The notes beneath the pieces are model-generated. The model was not told the DNA's origin, made no database searches, and saw nothing but the letters and a program-made list of their open reading frames with translations. The translations under genes were made by a program, and so were the position numbers. From Planctomycetota bacterium (GTDB lineage Bacteria; Planctomycetota; Phycisphaerae; Phycisphaerales; Phycisphaeraceae), in assembly GCA_039025855.1 (NCBI GenBank), contig JBCCNL010000001.1, positions 106,988 to 170,987 on the forward strand: a stretch of DNA of 64,000 nucleotides, in the 5' to 3' direction. This document shows positions 19,540 through 28,497 of the stretch, piece by piece (the first letter of the stretch is position 1; every line of letters starts with the position of its first letter).

Positions 19540-19554
19540 GGTGCGGTCTGTCGT

Positions 19555-20295
19555 TCAGCGGCGGTTGTCCTGCTCGGAGTTCCCCTCCGGGTACTCGACG
19601 CGTGCATCGTCCGGCACGTCCAACGCGATCTCAGTGTCCGCCACCGTCTGGTTGATACGCACCTGCGAGAACTCCATATCGGTCCGGTCACCCGCCGCAT
19701 CGGTGGACGAGGCGCTGACGATCAGTCCCAGCATCGGGTCGAATCCCAGCGTGAGCGACTGCATGTGTTCGCGGACCGACTCACGGGGCTCGAGCGCGAG
19801 CGTGACCCGGCCGCTGCGTGGATCGGTCGACAGATCGGCAAGCCGGAAGTCCCTGGCGAGCGCTTCGGGGTCGGGTCGGCCCGTGGTCATCGCCATGCCG
19901 TTGGGGGGGATGCGGTAGACCTCGAGCACGTTGTCATCGGGGTAGTAGATGTGCATCTGCGTGGCGTTGAAATGCATCTCGACGGGCGACGGCGTGGTGA
20001 GCGACAAGCGTGCGGCCTCGCCCTTGGCGACGAAGCGGCCTCGCGAGACGACCGGCTCATCGAGCAGCAGGCTGGTGCGCTTCTGCGTGAACACGGCGCG
20101 GACCGACTCGGGCTTCGGCGACTGATCCAGCAACTGGCCGAGCTGCTTCCAACGCTCGGCCTCGGATGTTTCGTCGGGCTGGCTGGCGGACTCGGCGACG
20201 GCCGGCGCGGGGCAAGCGAGGATGACCGCCAGCATCAGGCAGCACCGGGCGGCCAGCGAGGTGACATATGTCCAGACTGAGACGGAGCAACGCAC
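19555..20295 (-). CDS. LolA-like outer-membrane lipoprotein carrier family protein.
   Basis: Signal peptide followed by a beta-rich, LolA-sized (246 aa) protein. Context matches aryl-polyene clusters. GTG at 20295; an alternative ATG lies at 20235. Confidence 0.55.
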   Translation of the reverse strand: MRCSVSVWTYVTSLAARCCLMLAVILACPAPAVAESASQPDETSEAERWKQLGQLLDQSPKPESVRAVFTQKRTSLLLDEPVVSRGRFVAKGEAARLSLTTPSPVEMHFNATQMHIYYPDDNVLEVYRIPPNGMAMTTGRPDPEALARDFRLADLSTDPRSGRVTLALEPRESVREHMQSLTLGFDPMLGLIVSASSTDAAGDRTDMEFSQVRINQTVADTEIALDVPDDARVEYPEGNSEQDNRR

Positions 20296-20302
20296 GGCCG
20301 AT

Positions 20303-20764
20303 TCAACCCTTGAGCACGTTGGTGAGGAGGATCTCGCCGCGGGCGATCAGCCGACCATCGACGTGTGCGGCGACGAGAAACGTGGTGATGCCGGCCGTGT
20401 CGCCTTGGGTCTCGGAGGACAAGTCGATCCGGGCGGGCGGGACGACCGGTCGCTTGAGGACGACGTCCGCCTTGACGATCCCGGCCTGCACCGGCTCGGC
20501 ACCCGGCTCGGCGTCAAAGTGGATCAGCCCGCTGAACTGCGCGAGTGCTTCGATCAGCAGCACGCCGGGCACGATCGGTCGGCCCGGGAAGTGGTCCTTA
20601 AAGAACGGCTCGTCGCCGCGGACCCGCCAGTGGCCCTTACCGTGGGTCGTCCCGTCCGGCGTCGATCCGCACTCATCGACGGCGGTTACAAAGCGGAAGC
20701 CGTCGCCGTGCGGCAGCGACGTCGGCGTGGGCAAATCCTGAGTGTTTCGCGTCTCTCCGGGCAC
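20303..20764 (-). CDS. FabA/FabZ-like 3-hydroxyacyl-ACP dehydratase (hotdog fold).
   Basis: '[10 protein letters not shown]...[23 protein letters not shown]' matches the FabZ catalytic His region. GTG at 20764. Confidence 0.8.
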   Translation of the reverse strand: MPGETRNTQDLPTPTSLPHGDGFRFVTAVDECGSTPDGTTHGKGHWRVRGDEPFFKDHFPGRPIVPGVLLIEALAQFSGLIHFDAEPGAEPVQAGIVKADVVLKRPVVPPARIDLSSETQGDTAGITTFLVAAHVDGRLIARGEILLTNVLKG

Positions 20765-20876
20765 GATTTAGACTATAGCAGCAGGCGTTGTTAGACTGCC
20801 TCTGATGTCGTTTGGCCGCGGCGGTACCACCGCCGGCCGCTTTCACCTCGCACAACTTTCGCCTTGGGGATTACCT
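20765..20876. promoter_or_regulatory. Divergent promoter region between the aryl-polyene operon (minus) and a lipoprotein gene (plus). Contains a TTAGACT direct repeat (20768..20774 and 20791..20797).
   Basis: Seen directly in the sequence. The region has lower GC than its surroundings. Confidence 0.3.
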
Positions 20877-21296
20877 ATGACTCGCGTCCTTCCGCTGCTT
20901 CTGGTTGCCACGCTCTGCCTGTCTGTCGCCGCCTGCCAATCCAGCGGTGTCAAGGGCACGCCGATGATTGAGCCCGCACCCGTGGACATCACGGGCCTGG
21001 ATAAAGACAAGGTCTCGAAGGCGGTCTTCGCCGCCGTCGAATCACGCGGCTTTATCTTCGAAAGCGGCACATCGACTTCCATGCAGGTCGGCTGGGCCCG
21101 CGGCAAGTACACCGCAACCTGGGAGATCGATTTTGCGGGCGACGAGGTCATCCTCAGCTACGTCGATAGCCAGGAGCTGTCGTACAACGAAGACGCCGAG
21201 GGCAACCCGTTCATCCACCGGACCTACAACACCTGGACCACCAACCTGCGGAGCGACATCGCCCGTGAGGTCGGCAAGCTGCGGTTCAGCAGCTGA
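20877..21296 (+). CDS. Small lipoprotein (signal peptide + lipobox LSVAAC), function unknown.
   Basis: ORF 20805..21296 trimmed to the ATG at 20877 (MTRVLPLLLVATLCLSVAAC). The only plus-strand gene inside the aryl-polyene cluster. Confidence 0.55.
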   Translation: MTRVLPLLLVATLCLSVAACQSSGVKGTPMIEPAPVDITGLDKDKVSKAVFAAVESRGFIFESGTSTSMQVGWARGKYTATWEIDFAGDEVILSYVDSQELSYNEDAEGNPFIHRTYNTWTTNLRSDIAREVGKLRFSS

Positions 21297-21326
21297 GGCA
21301 ATCACCGAGCCGTCCGGGGTTGACGG

Positions 21327-21351
21327 GCCCAAACCGTCTTAGGGTTTGGGC
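21327..21351. terminator. Hairpin GCCCAAACC-(gtcttag)-GGTTTGGGC between convergent genes. It overlaps the methyltransferase stop codon.
   Basis: Perfect 9-bp inverted repeat seen in the sequence. No U-tract follows, so an intrinsic terminator is unproven. Confidence 0.3.
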
Positions 21352-22136
21352 TTGGTGCCCAGGTACTCCTTGAAGACGCTGAGCGTACTGTTGCAGCGCA
21401 CGTCCTCGAAGCCGGCCTCACGCATCGCGTTCATGATGGCCTCGGAGTCGATGCAGGTCTGGATCGTGTCCCAGTAGTAGCGCCAGAGCGTGCCGACCTC
21501 TTTGCGCTCGCCGGTGAGCCGGGCCAGGAGCGGAACGACCCGCCGGATGTAGAGCCCACCGAGCCAGCCGGTCAGTCGGCCGCGCGGCTTGGTGATCTCC
21601 ATCAGGCAGACCTGGCCGCCGGGCTTGAGCACCCGCAGGTATTCGCCGAACGCCTGCTCCAGGCTGCTGAGGTGCCGCAGCGCGTACCCCATCGTGACCA
21701 GGTCGAACCGGTCGTCGTCTAGCGGGATCGACTCGGCGTAGCCCTCGATGACCTCGACGTCGAGCTTCTGCTTCGCCTCGGCGAGCATGCCCGGTGAGGG
21801 GTCGAGCCCGACAAGGACGCCGCCGGGCAGGTTCAGCTTCTGGATCTCGACCGCCACCAGCCCCGTCCCCATCGCGACATCCAGCACGTCGTCGCCGGGC
21901 TTGAGCCCCATGCGTCTGAGCACCCGCCTGCGGTACCACGGCCCGACGCCCAGCCCTGTCAACGCCTCGGCCTTGTCGTAGCCCGCCGCCCCGGCGTCGA
22001 ACATCTCACGCGTCCGGTCACGGCGCTGCGCTTCACTCTCGTAGTAGCGCTCCAGGCCCGCACCCTCCACCAGCGGGGTGTCGGCACCACCGATGGTGGA
22101 CTCGCTCGGCAGGCTCGGTGCGGTGCTCGGCATCAC
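21339..22136 (-). CDS. Class I SAM-dependent methyltransferase (UbiE/COQ5 family).
   Basis: Motif I 'VLDVAMGTGLVAVEI'. Start is GTG at 22136 (GTGA overlap) or ATG at 22133. Confidence 0.85.
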   Translation of the reverse strand: MMPSTAPSLPSESTIGGADTPLVEGAGLERYYESEAQRRDRTREMFDAGAAGYDKAEALTGLGVGPWYRRRVLRRMGLKPGDDVLDVAMGTGLVAVEIQKLNLPGGVLVGLDPSPGMLAEAKQKLDVEVIEGYAESIPLDDDRFDLVTMGYALRHLSSLEQAFGEYLRVLKPGGQVCLMEITKPRGRLTGWLGGLYIRRVVPLLARLTGERKEVGTLWRYYWDTIQTCIDSEAIMNAMREAGFEDVRCNSTLSVFKEYLGTKPKP

Positions 22137-23458
22137 GCCACCCCCGCGGGGCTCGTGGCTGGTCGGTGATCGACACGCGTCAGGGCCAACGCCCGGTGGT
22201 GCAGCGTGGTCTGAGCGAACAGCACCGTGACGAACGGGACCATGCCCGTCAGCGCCGCACCCGTCGGCCGCAGCAGGATGCCCATGAAGACAGCCAGAAC
22301 CGAGACGCCGGCGATCACCCAGGCGTCGCCCCGGTTCGAGGCTTCCGGCACCCGGTCGACCCCCAACAGCCAGCCCGGCCGAAACACCGCGAGCATCACA
22401 CAGACCGCAGCGACCCAGAGGTGCAGCGCGAGCTCCTGCAGCTGGCCGTAGCTGTTATGGATCAGCGGATAGAACGCGGTGCCCTGCGATAGAACGCCCA
22501 GCGAGCCCAGCAAGAGGAACATGAACGACGCGGCGGGCAGCGGCTGGTAGCCGAGTCGCAGGCGTCGCCACAGCGCGATCACGATGAGGCTGAGCGTGCC
22601 ACCGACGAGGAAGGCCGGGTGCCAGCGCGGCTCGGGCTCAAGCCCCATCCGGACCAGCCCGACGATCAGGAACACCGACAGCGGCAGGTAGAGCAGTTGG
22701 TGCCGCAGCCACTTGTTCAGGAAGACCGCGGGCCGCGGATGGTCCTTGAGAACTGCAGCGTGCATCGCCAGGCTGTGCAGCGAGTCGCGGAGCGGTTTGA
22801 AGTGGCTGATCCGCTGGGCTCTGGGCGAGTAGTGCGAGTCGATCGGCACCGTGGTCACGCCGACGCCAGCCCTCCCGGCACGGATGAGCACCTCGGTCTC
22901 GAAAGCGAACCGAGAGAACACGCAGTCCAGCTTCTCGACGACGGCGAGCGGGTAGACACGGAAGCCGGTCTGCGAATCGCTGACCCGGACGCCGGACTGC
23001 AAGGAGATCAGACGGTTCGACACACGCCGGCCCACGGTCGATCGCCACGGCGTGCCGCCCTCCGCCTTGGCAGGGCGCTCGCCCAGGATTAGGTCCCCGG
23101 GGTACCGGACCGCGGCGTCCCACAGCAGGCCGATCTGCTGTGGGTCGTGCTGGCCGTCGGCATCGAGCGTGATGGCGTGGGAGTAGCCCAGCGCCCGGGC
23201 CCGGTCGAACCCGGTCATCAACGCCGCGGCCTTGCCCCGGTTGGCCGGGTGCTTCTCCAGGTGGAGCGAGGCGTCCGGATCGTCGGCTCGCAATTGGGCC
23301 AGCGTCTGATCCGTGCCGTCGGTGCTCCCGTCGTCCACCACGATGCAGGCCCAGCCCGCGTCGAGCACCGCCCGGGCGATCGTGCAGACGGTCGAGCCGT
23401 TCTGGTAGGTCGGCACAACGATGACCGGTCGGATCGCGGTGTCAGTGGCGGGTGGCAT
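22133..23458 (-). CDS. Glycosyltransferase family 2 with a C-terminal multi-TM domain.
   Basis: 'VIVVPTYQNGSTV...VVDDGSTDGTDQ' GT-A DxD region. ATG at 23458. The C-terminal half is hydrophobic. Confidence 0.8.
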   Translation of the reverse strand: MPPATDTAIRPVIVVPTYQNGSTVCTIARAVLDAGWACIVVDDGSTDGTDQTLAQLRADDPDASLHLEKHPANRGKAAALMTGFDRARALGYSHAITLDADGQHDPQQIGLLWDAAVRYPGDLILGERPAKAEGGTPWRSTVGRRVSNRLISLQSGVRVSDSQTGFRVYPLAVVEKLDCVFSRFAFETEVLIRAGRAGVGVTTVPIDSHYSPRAQRISHFKPLRDSLHSLAMHAAVLKDHPRPAVFLNKWLRHQLLYLPLSVFLIVGLVRMGLEPEPRWHPAFLVGGTLSLIVIALWRRLRLGYQPLPAASFMFLLLGSLGVLSQGTAFYPLIHNSYGQLQELALHLWVAAVCVMLAVFRPGWLLGVDRVPEASNRGDAWVIAGVSVLAVFMGILLRPTGAALTGMVPFVTVLFAQTTLHHRALALTRVDHRPATSPAGVA

Positions 23459-23490
23459 GGGGTGGAGTTGAGGGTGGGGCGGGGTTGTAG

Positions 23491-23751
23491 TTAGGCCATC
23501 CGGGTCTGGAGATAGGTCGCCAGCGTTCGGAGGTCACGCATCGTCTCAGGCCCCATCTCGTCGGGACTGAGCTTGATGCCGTACTTCTTTTCAATGCTGG
23601 TGATAAGCATGAGGTAGTCCAGCGAGTCGAACCCGATGTCCTCGGAAGCGAACGAAGTGGTTGGGGTCAGCTCGACGTCGCCGAGCTTCAGGTCCCGCCG
23701 GATGATCTCGATCAGAGCCCCCTCCAGTTCCTCAACATTCACCACTTTCAT
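23491..23751 (-). CDS. Acyl carrier protein, dedicated to the polyene pathway.
   Basis: 86 aa with the 'GFDSLD' phosphopantetheine-attachment motif. The ATG at 23751 is preceded by GGAGG. Confidence 0.85.
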   Translation of the reverse strand: MKVVNVEELEGALIEIIRRDLKLGDVELTPTTSFASEDIGFDSLDYLMLITSIEKKYGIKLSPDEMGPETMRDLRTLATYLQTRMA

Positions 23752-23778
23752 GGCCTCCGACTATACCAGTGCAAGGGC

Positions 23779-24465
23779 CTACTCGCGATAGGCGTGGCGG
23801 CGTCGCGTCGCGCACTGATCCTCGGGAATCCCCATCTCCTCGAGCAGGTCCCGGTGCAGGCCGCGGATGCGGTCGGCCAGCTCGGCTTCGTACCGCCGGA
23901 GGCCCTCGGGGCCGGACCGTTTGTCCGGCGGCGGCATCGGTTCGCCAAAAGCAATCCCGTAGCGGGCCTGGTTCGGAAACCATGCGCTCCAACGTGCAAA
24001 GGTCAGCGAGTCCTCGATCGCACAGGGGATCATCGGGGCCTTGCCCAGCCGGGCGATCCCGCCGATCCCTGGCACGAGGCTCCCGCCGTGCAGCACCGAC
24101 TTGTCCTGAAAACTCAGCGCCCCCTCAGGGAAGACACCCACGCTCCGGCCCTGCTTCAGCCGCGCCACAATGTCACGCACCGTCTTCGGGTCCGGCTTCG
24201 ACTGATCCAACGGCATCGCATTACACATCCGATACAGCCAGCCCGCACGGGAGTTGATGATCTCCGTCGTCGAAACGAAGTCGATCTTGACCGGCATGTA
24301 GTACATCAGGATCGCGATGTCGTAAGGGCTCGTGTGGTTCGAGGCCACCATCAGCGGTCCCTCGAGACCCTTGAGGTGATCGAGACCCAACGCCGTCGGC
24401 TTGTGGCAGATCACGAAACCGGGCCAACAGATTCCGTAAACGACGTTGTAAAAAAGATCGGACAT
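23779..24465 (-). CDS. PlsC-type 1-acylglycerol-3-phosphate acyltransferase-like (LPLAT).
   Basis: HxxxxD motif 'NHTSPYD' and 'FPEGA' motif. ATG at 24465. Confidence 0.75.
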   Translation of the reverse strand: MSDLFYNVVYGICWPGFVICHKPTALGLDHLKGLEGPLMVASNHTSPYDIAILMYYMPVKIDFVSTTEIINSRAGWLYRMCNAMPLDQSKPDPKTVRDIVARLKQGRSVGVFPEGALSFQDKSVLHGGSLVPGIGGIARLGKAPMIPCAIEDSLTFARWSAWFPNQARYGIAFGEPMPPPDKRSGPEGLRRYEAELADRIRGLHRDLLEEMGIPEDQCATRRRHAYRE

Positions 24466-24469
24466 CGGT

Positions 24470-25237
24470 CTAGGTCTGAGCCGTGGCGTGGGGTGGGTGG
24501 AGAGCGCTACCCGCTGCGGCGTGGGGATCGACTTTAACGAGACTGGGGTCGTCCGGCTCGCCGGGGCTCAGGTCGTGGCGGTCGTCCACGCCGTCGAACT
24601 GGAGCAGCCGCTTGTACATCGCCGGGTAGGACGCGCGGAGCCGATCGCCGAGGGCTCGGCGTTGTTCACGACGCCCGCGGTGGTCGTTGTGCAGCGGTTC
24701 GGGGTGGATCGGCTCACCGACCGCGACATGGACCGCCGCGTGCCGGAACGGCCGCCAGGTCGTAGCCCGGTTCATGGCGTGTGTCCCGATGAGCGCGATC
24801 GGGATGATCGGCACCTGGCCGTGCATCGCGAGGAAGCACGCCCCCTGCTTGATCGGGCCGCCGCGCATGGCCGAGTACTGGCGACGCGACACCCCGGCCT
24901 CGGGGAACACGCCAACGCGTTCACCCTCCGCCAACAGCTCAAGCCCGCGGCGCAGCGCCGGCCGTGGGTAGCCCTGCCGATGGACCGGGAACGCCCGAAC
25001 CGCACGAAGCGCCCAGGCCAGCAGGCGGGACTTGTAGAACTCAGTCCGCGCCATCCACCGCACCTCGTCGCGTAGCAGGATGCCGAGGACCAGCGGGTCC
25101 AGGTGCGAGATGTGCGTCGGCGCGATGATGCAAGGCCCGTCGACCCCGAGGTGCTCCGGGTTCAGGATGGTCGTGGGCATCGTGCACCACGTGATCGGCT
25201 TCACCAGCCAGCGTGCGGTTTGATAAGCCAGGGTCAT
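24470..25237 (-). CDS. Second PlsC-type acyltransferase-like protein.
   Basis: ORF 24470..25681 trimmed to the ATG at 25237 (MTLAYQTARWL...). Carries 'HISHLD' and 'FPEAG' motifs. ATGA overlap with the MMPL stop. Confidence 0.7.
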   Translation of the reverse strand: MTLAYQTARWLVKPITWCTMPTTILNPEHLGVDGPCIIAPTHISHLDPLVLGILLRDEVRWMARTEFYKSRLLAWALRAVRAFPVHRQGYPRPALRRGLELLAEGERVGVFPEAGVSRRQYSAMRGGPIKQGACFLAMHGQVPIIPIALIGTHAMNRATTWRPFRHAAVHVAVGEPIHPEPLHNDHRGRREQRRALGDRLRASYPAMYKRLLQFDGVDDRHDLSPGEPDDPSLVKVDPHAAAGSALHPPHATAQT

Positions 25238-27702
25238 CGGTCTTGCCCTTCGACCAGTAGAGAGCCCGCGTTGCGTCGCCCGACCGAGAGCCCGAGCAGC
25301 CAGGTCGTCACGAGGACCGCGACGAGCCCGGCGGTGACCATCCACCCCAACTCGCGCACCGCCGGGATCGACGTCCACATGAGCGAGCCAAACCCGATAA
25401 AGGTCGTCACGAACGTCAGGTGGATGCCCGTCAATCGGCTTCGGATTGTAACCACACACCCCCGCGCGACGGCATCGCCCAGCAGCAGGCTCGCATCGAC
25501 CCCGATCCCCAGCAGCAGCGGCACCGCCGCCAGCGTGACCACGTTCCATTGACCCGACCCCAGCCGCTGCACGAGCAGCGCCGCGAGCAGACCCATCGCC
25601 GGCGGCAGCACCGTCACCACCACACGCCCAACCCGCCGGAGGCTCACCAGCAGCACCAGCCCGATCGGGATCACCGACCACGCGAACGCCCGCAGCAGGT
25701 CACGACGCAGCTGCTTCCGCATCTGCTCGCTGATCAGGTCGAGCCCGGTGGCTTGGAACCCGTCAAGCCCCGACAGCGCTTCACGCAGCCCGTCGAGGTC
25801 TTCACGCCGGTCCGACTCCCGCGCCCACGAACGCGTCGGTACCAGCAGCGCCACCGTGGCCGGCGCGTCGGCATCGAACGGGCTCGGGAAGAACAGCCCC
25901 CCCGCACCGGACCGGGCCAACGCCTCAAGCCCCGGCGACGGCGTCGCCAAAAACCCCGCCAAAAAATCCCCGGCCGGCTCGAACACCGCAGGCCGAAACC
26001 CGGCCTGTCCAGCCGCCTCCAGCAACAAACGCTTGACCTCGACCGGATCGATGTCAGCGAGCAACGCGCTGTTGCGCACGTCGGCCCCAGCCTCGGGCAG
26101 CAGGCTCAGCGCGCTGGCCTTCTCAAACGGGGTATCGAGCCCATGCAGCCGATCCAACCGCTCGTACAGCTGCCCCGCGTCTTCAGCCTCGATCAGCACC
26201 AGCACAGAACCCTGGCGTTGGCCGAACGACCGCTCCATCCGCTGCTGAGCCTCGAGCGTCGGGTTGGGCTGCGGGTGCAGGTTGTACAAGGTCAGTGCGC
26301 TGTCATCCCCGCGGATCAGCACGGCACTCAAGATCATCACCAGGACAAAGGCGATGCCCGCGACGCGTAGCCACGTCGAGTGCGCGAGCGCCCAAACGAG
26401 CAGACGATGAGGCGTTGCGCTGGTCCGGGGAGTCACCGTCTTGCACAGCCCAGTCAACGTGGGCAGAAGGGTCAGCGAGGCGATCGCCGCGCAGGCCAGC
26501 GCCAGACCGCCGAGCACCGCGAGCTGCTTCAGTGCGGTCGGCTCGGTGGCAAGCAGCGCCAGGAAGCCGCACGTCGTGGTGATGCACGCCGTCGCGATCG
26601 GCCGGGCCAGCGTCCGCGCCGCCGACCACGCCCGCTGCACCGGGGTCGTGCCGTCGGGCGCGGCACGCCGCACCTCCGTGAGCAGATGGATCCCGTAGTC
26701 CACGCCCAGCCCCGCGAGCATGCCGCCAGACAATGCCGCGAGCGGCGACAGCCTCATCCCGGTCAGGCCAAAAAGCCCGAACGCGGTGAACATCGCCACT
26801 AGGGTCGTCGTCAACAGCAACACGATCGGCGTCAGCCGCCGCCACACGATCAGGAACACCCCGACCAGCCCGACCGACGCGAACAGCACCGACCCCTTGA
26901 TGTCGTCCCGCACCCGGCCCGCCGCCTCGGCCGCCATCATGTGCCCCCCCACCGCCTCGAACCGCAGCGTCGGATAGTCCCGGCCCAGCGGTGCCAACAC
27001 CCCGTTCAAGGCTTCGGACAATTCAACCGAACGCGCGTGGTCACTCGGAGCAAACGGCACCGCGAGCGTGAGGGACCACGCCGTGCCGGACGCGCTAAAC
27101 CGCCCAGCCAGCGGATTGGTCGGTGCGCTCCATTCCGTCTCATCAATACCCGGCGCGGACGGCGTGTCTGCACCCAGCCGTTCCGCAAAGTCGCGCGGCA
27201 CGAGCTCGCGGAGCCCCAGCGGGTCGCGCAGCATCTGCCGTGTGACCTCCGCCGGCTGCGGCGTAGCGAGGCGTTGCTTGTGGCGCTGCAGCCTCGCCCG
27301 GATCGACTCGGGCTCCAGCCGGGCGCGCAGTTCCACCACCGCCTCTTCGCTGAGCCAGGCCCGGCCACGCGGGACCTGCTGAATCACCCAATCACGGGCC
27401 TGCAACTCGGCCACGGCCTGCGCCTCGACACCAAGCTCCTCAAGCCCCTGCGAATCACGGATCGCATCACGCAGCTGATCGATCGCTTCGATCGGGAGCG
27501 GCGTGGCATCATCACGCGAGCTGACCAAGACGTGCGCCGTACCACCGATGCGAAACCGCTCGTTGATCTGCACCATCGCATCGACCGCGGGGAAGCCCTG
27601 GCCAAGCGTGTTCTCGACCGACGGGTCGAGCTCGAGCCGCGTCCAGCCGATGCACGCCAGCACGAACAGCGCCGGCCACAGGTAGAGGGAAAGGCGTCGC
27701 AT
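25234..27702 (-). CDS. MMPL/RND-superfamily exporter.
   Basis: 822 aa with two 6-TM bundles separated by periplasmic loops. This is the canonical exporter slot of aryl-polyene clusters. ATG at 27702. Confidence 0.8.
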   Translation of the reverse strand: MRRLSLYLWPALFVLACIGWTRLELDPSVENTLGQGFPAVDAMVQINERFRIGGTAHVLVSSRDDATPLPIEAIDQLRDAIRDSQGLEELGVEAQAVAELQARDWVIQQVPRGRAWLSEEAVVELRARLEPESIRARLQRHKQRLATPQPAEVTRQMLRDPLGLRELVPRDFAERLGADTPSAPGIDETEWSAPTNPLAGRFSASGTAWSLTLAVPFAPSDHARSVELSEALNGVLAPLGRDYPTLRFEAVGGHMMAAEAAGRVRDDIKGSVLFASVGLVGVFLIVWRRLTPIVLLLTTTLVAMFTAFGLFGLTGMRLSPLAALSGGMLAGLGVDYGIHLLTEVRRAAPDGTTPVQRAWSAARTLARPIATACITTTCGFLALLATEPTALKQLAVLGGLALACAAIASLTLLPTLTGLCKTVTPRTSATPHRLLVWALAHSTWLRVAGIAFVLVMILSAVLIRGDDSALTLYNLHPQPNPTLEAQQRMERSFGQRQGSVLVLIEAEDAGQLYERLDRLHGLDTPFEKASALSLLPEAGADVRNSALLADIDPVEVKRLLLEAAGQAGFRPAVFEPAGDFLAGFLATPSPGLEALARSGAGGLFFPSPFDADAPATVALLVPTRSWARESDRREDLDGLREALSGLDGFQATGLDLISEQMRKQLRRDLLRAFAWSVIPIGLVLLVSLRRVGRVVVTVLPPAMGLLAALLVQRLGSGQWNVVTLAAVPLLLGIGVDASLLLGDAVARGCVVTIRSRLTGIHLTFVTTFIGFGSLMWTSIPAVRELGWMVTAGLVAVLVTTWLLGLSVGRRNAGSLLVEGQDR

Positions 27703-27705
27703 GGG

Positions 27706-28497
27706 TCAATCGGGGCCGAACGCGAGGCTGAGCCGAGTCGCAAGACCGAGCCGGCGGCTTCCGGGCACCGGCTTGAAGTGGGCCGGCGTCAGTGATGGAT
27801 TGGGCTGGAACGCGTCAACAAGGAACTCCACAACCGGCTCCCCGCCCAGGCTCAGCCGCAGCGCGTCCACATGCGGCGCCGGCTCACCACTTCGATAACG
27901 CAGCTCGGTCGTCACCGGGCCATCGGGGCTCTGAACCAAGACCCGGTGAGTCGTCCGAGTGCTGCGGTGGACCCAGACCTCAGCGGGATGCTCGCCGATG
28001 AGGTCAGTCGTGTTGAACACTAGGTGATCGTCGGCCGACCGATCGAAGACCAGCGACTCGCTGCGGATCAATGCGAGCGGCAGTTCGATCGGTGCAGCGT
28101 CCGTCGCATCACCACCCGCGTCGTCGGCACGGCTCCGGGTCCAGACCCACGCCTCCCCGTCGGCATACACCAGGTCAATCGCGTTGCGACCGAGCTTGCT
28201 CGCGCGCAGCCGCAGGCGGGGTGATTCAGTCTCGAGCGCATCGATCAGCATGATCCCGTCCAGCCTTGTGGTTCGGCCTTCCCGCGACAGCAACACCGTG
28301 CCGACCGCCCGCCACGACGTGAGCCCCGCATCACGCTCCTGCATCGCCGCAAGCACCGCCTCGGGCGCCGCGTCTTCGTACACCGGCAGATCAACACCGG
28401 GGTGGTCGTACACACCGCCGCGCTGGAGACACCCCTGCCCGAGCACCGCGAACGCGGGCATCAACCACGCCCACGCCGAAAACACCCGGCCCGTCAC
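27706..28497 (-). CDS. LolA/LolB-like outer-membrane lipoprotein-sorting family protein (putative lipoprotein).
   Basis: The ORF track gives 27706..28602, but that overlaps the upstream gene by 109 nt. A GTG at 28497 forms a GTGA overlap with the upstream stop and yields the signal peptide MTGRVFSAWAWLMPAFAVLGQGC. Confidence 0.5.
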   Translation of the reverse strand: MTGRVFSAWAWLMPAFAVLGQGCLQRGGVYDHPGVDLPVYEDAAPEAVLAAMQERDAGLTSWRAVGTVLLSREGRTTRLDGIMLIDALETESPRLRLRASKLGRNAIDLVYADGEAWVWTRSRADDAGGDATDAAPIELPLALIRSESLVFDRSADDHLVFNTTDLIGEHPAEVWVHRSTRTTHRVLVQSPDGPVTTELRYRSGEPAPHVDALRLSLGGEPVVEFLVDAFQPNPSLTPAHFKPVPGSRRLGLATRLSLAFGPD

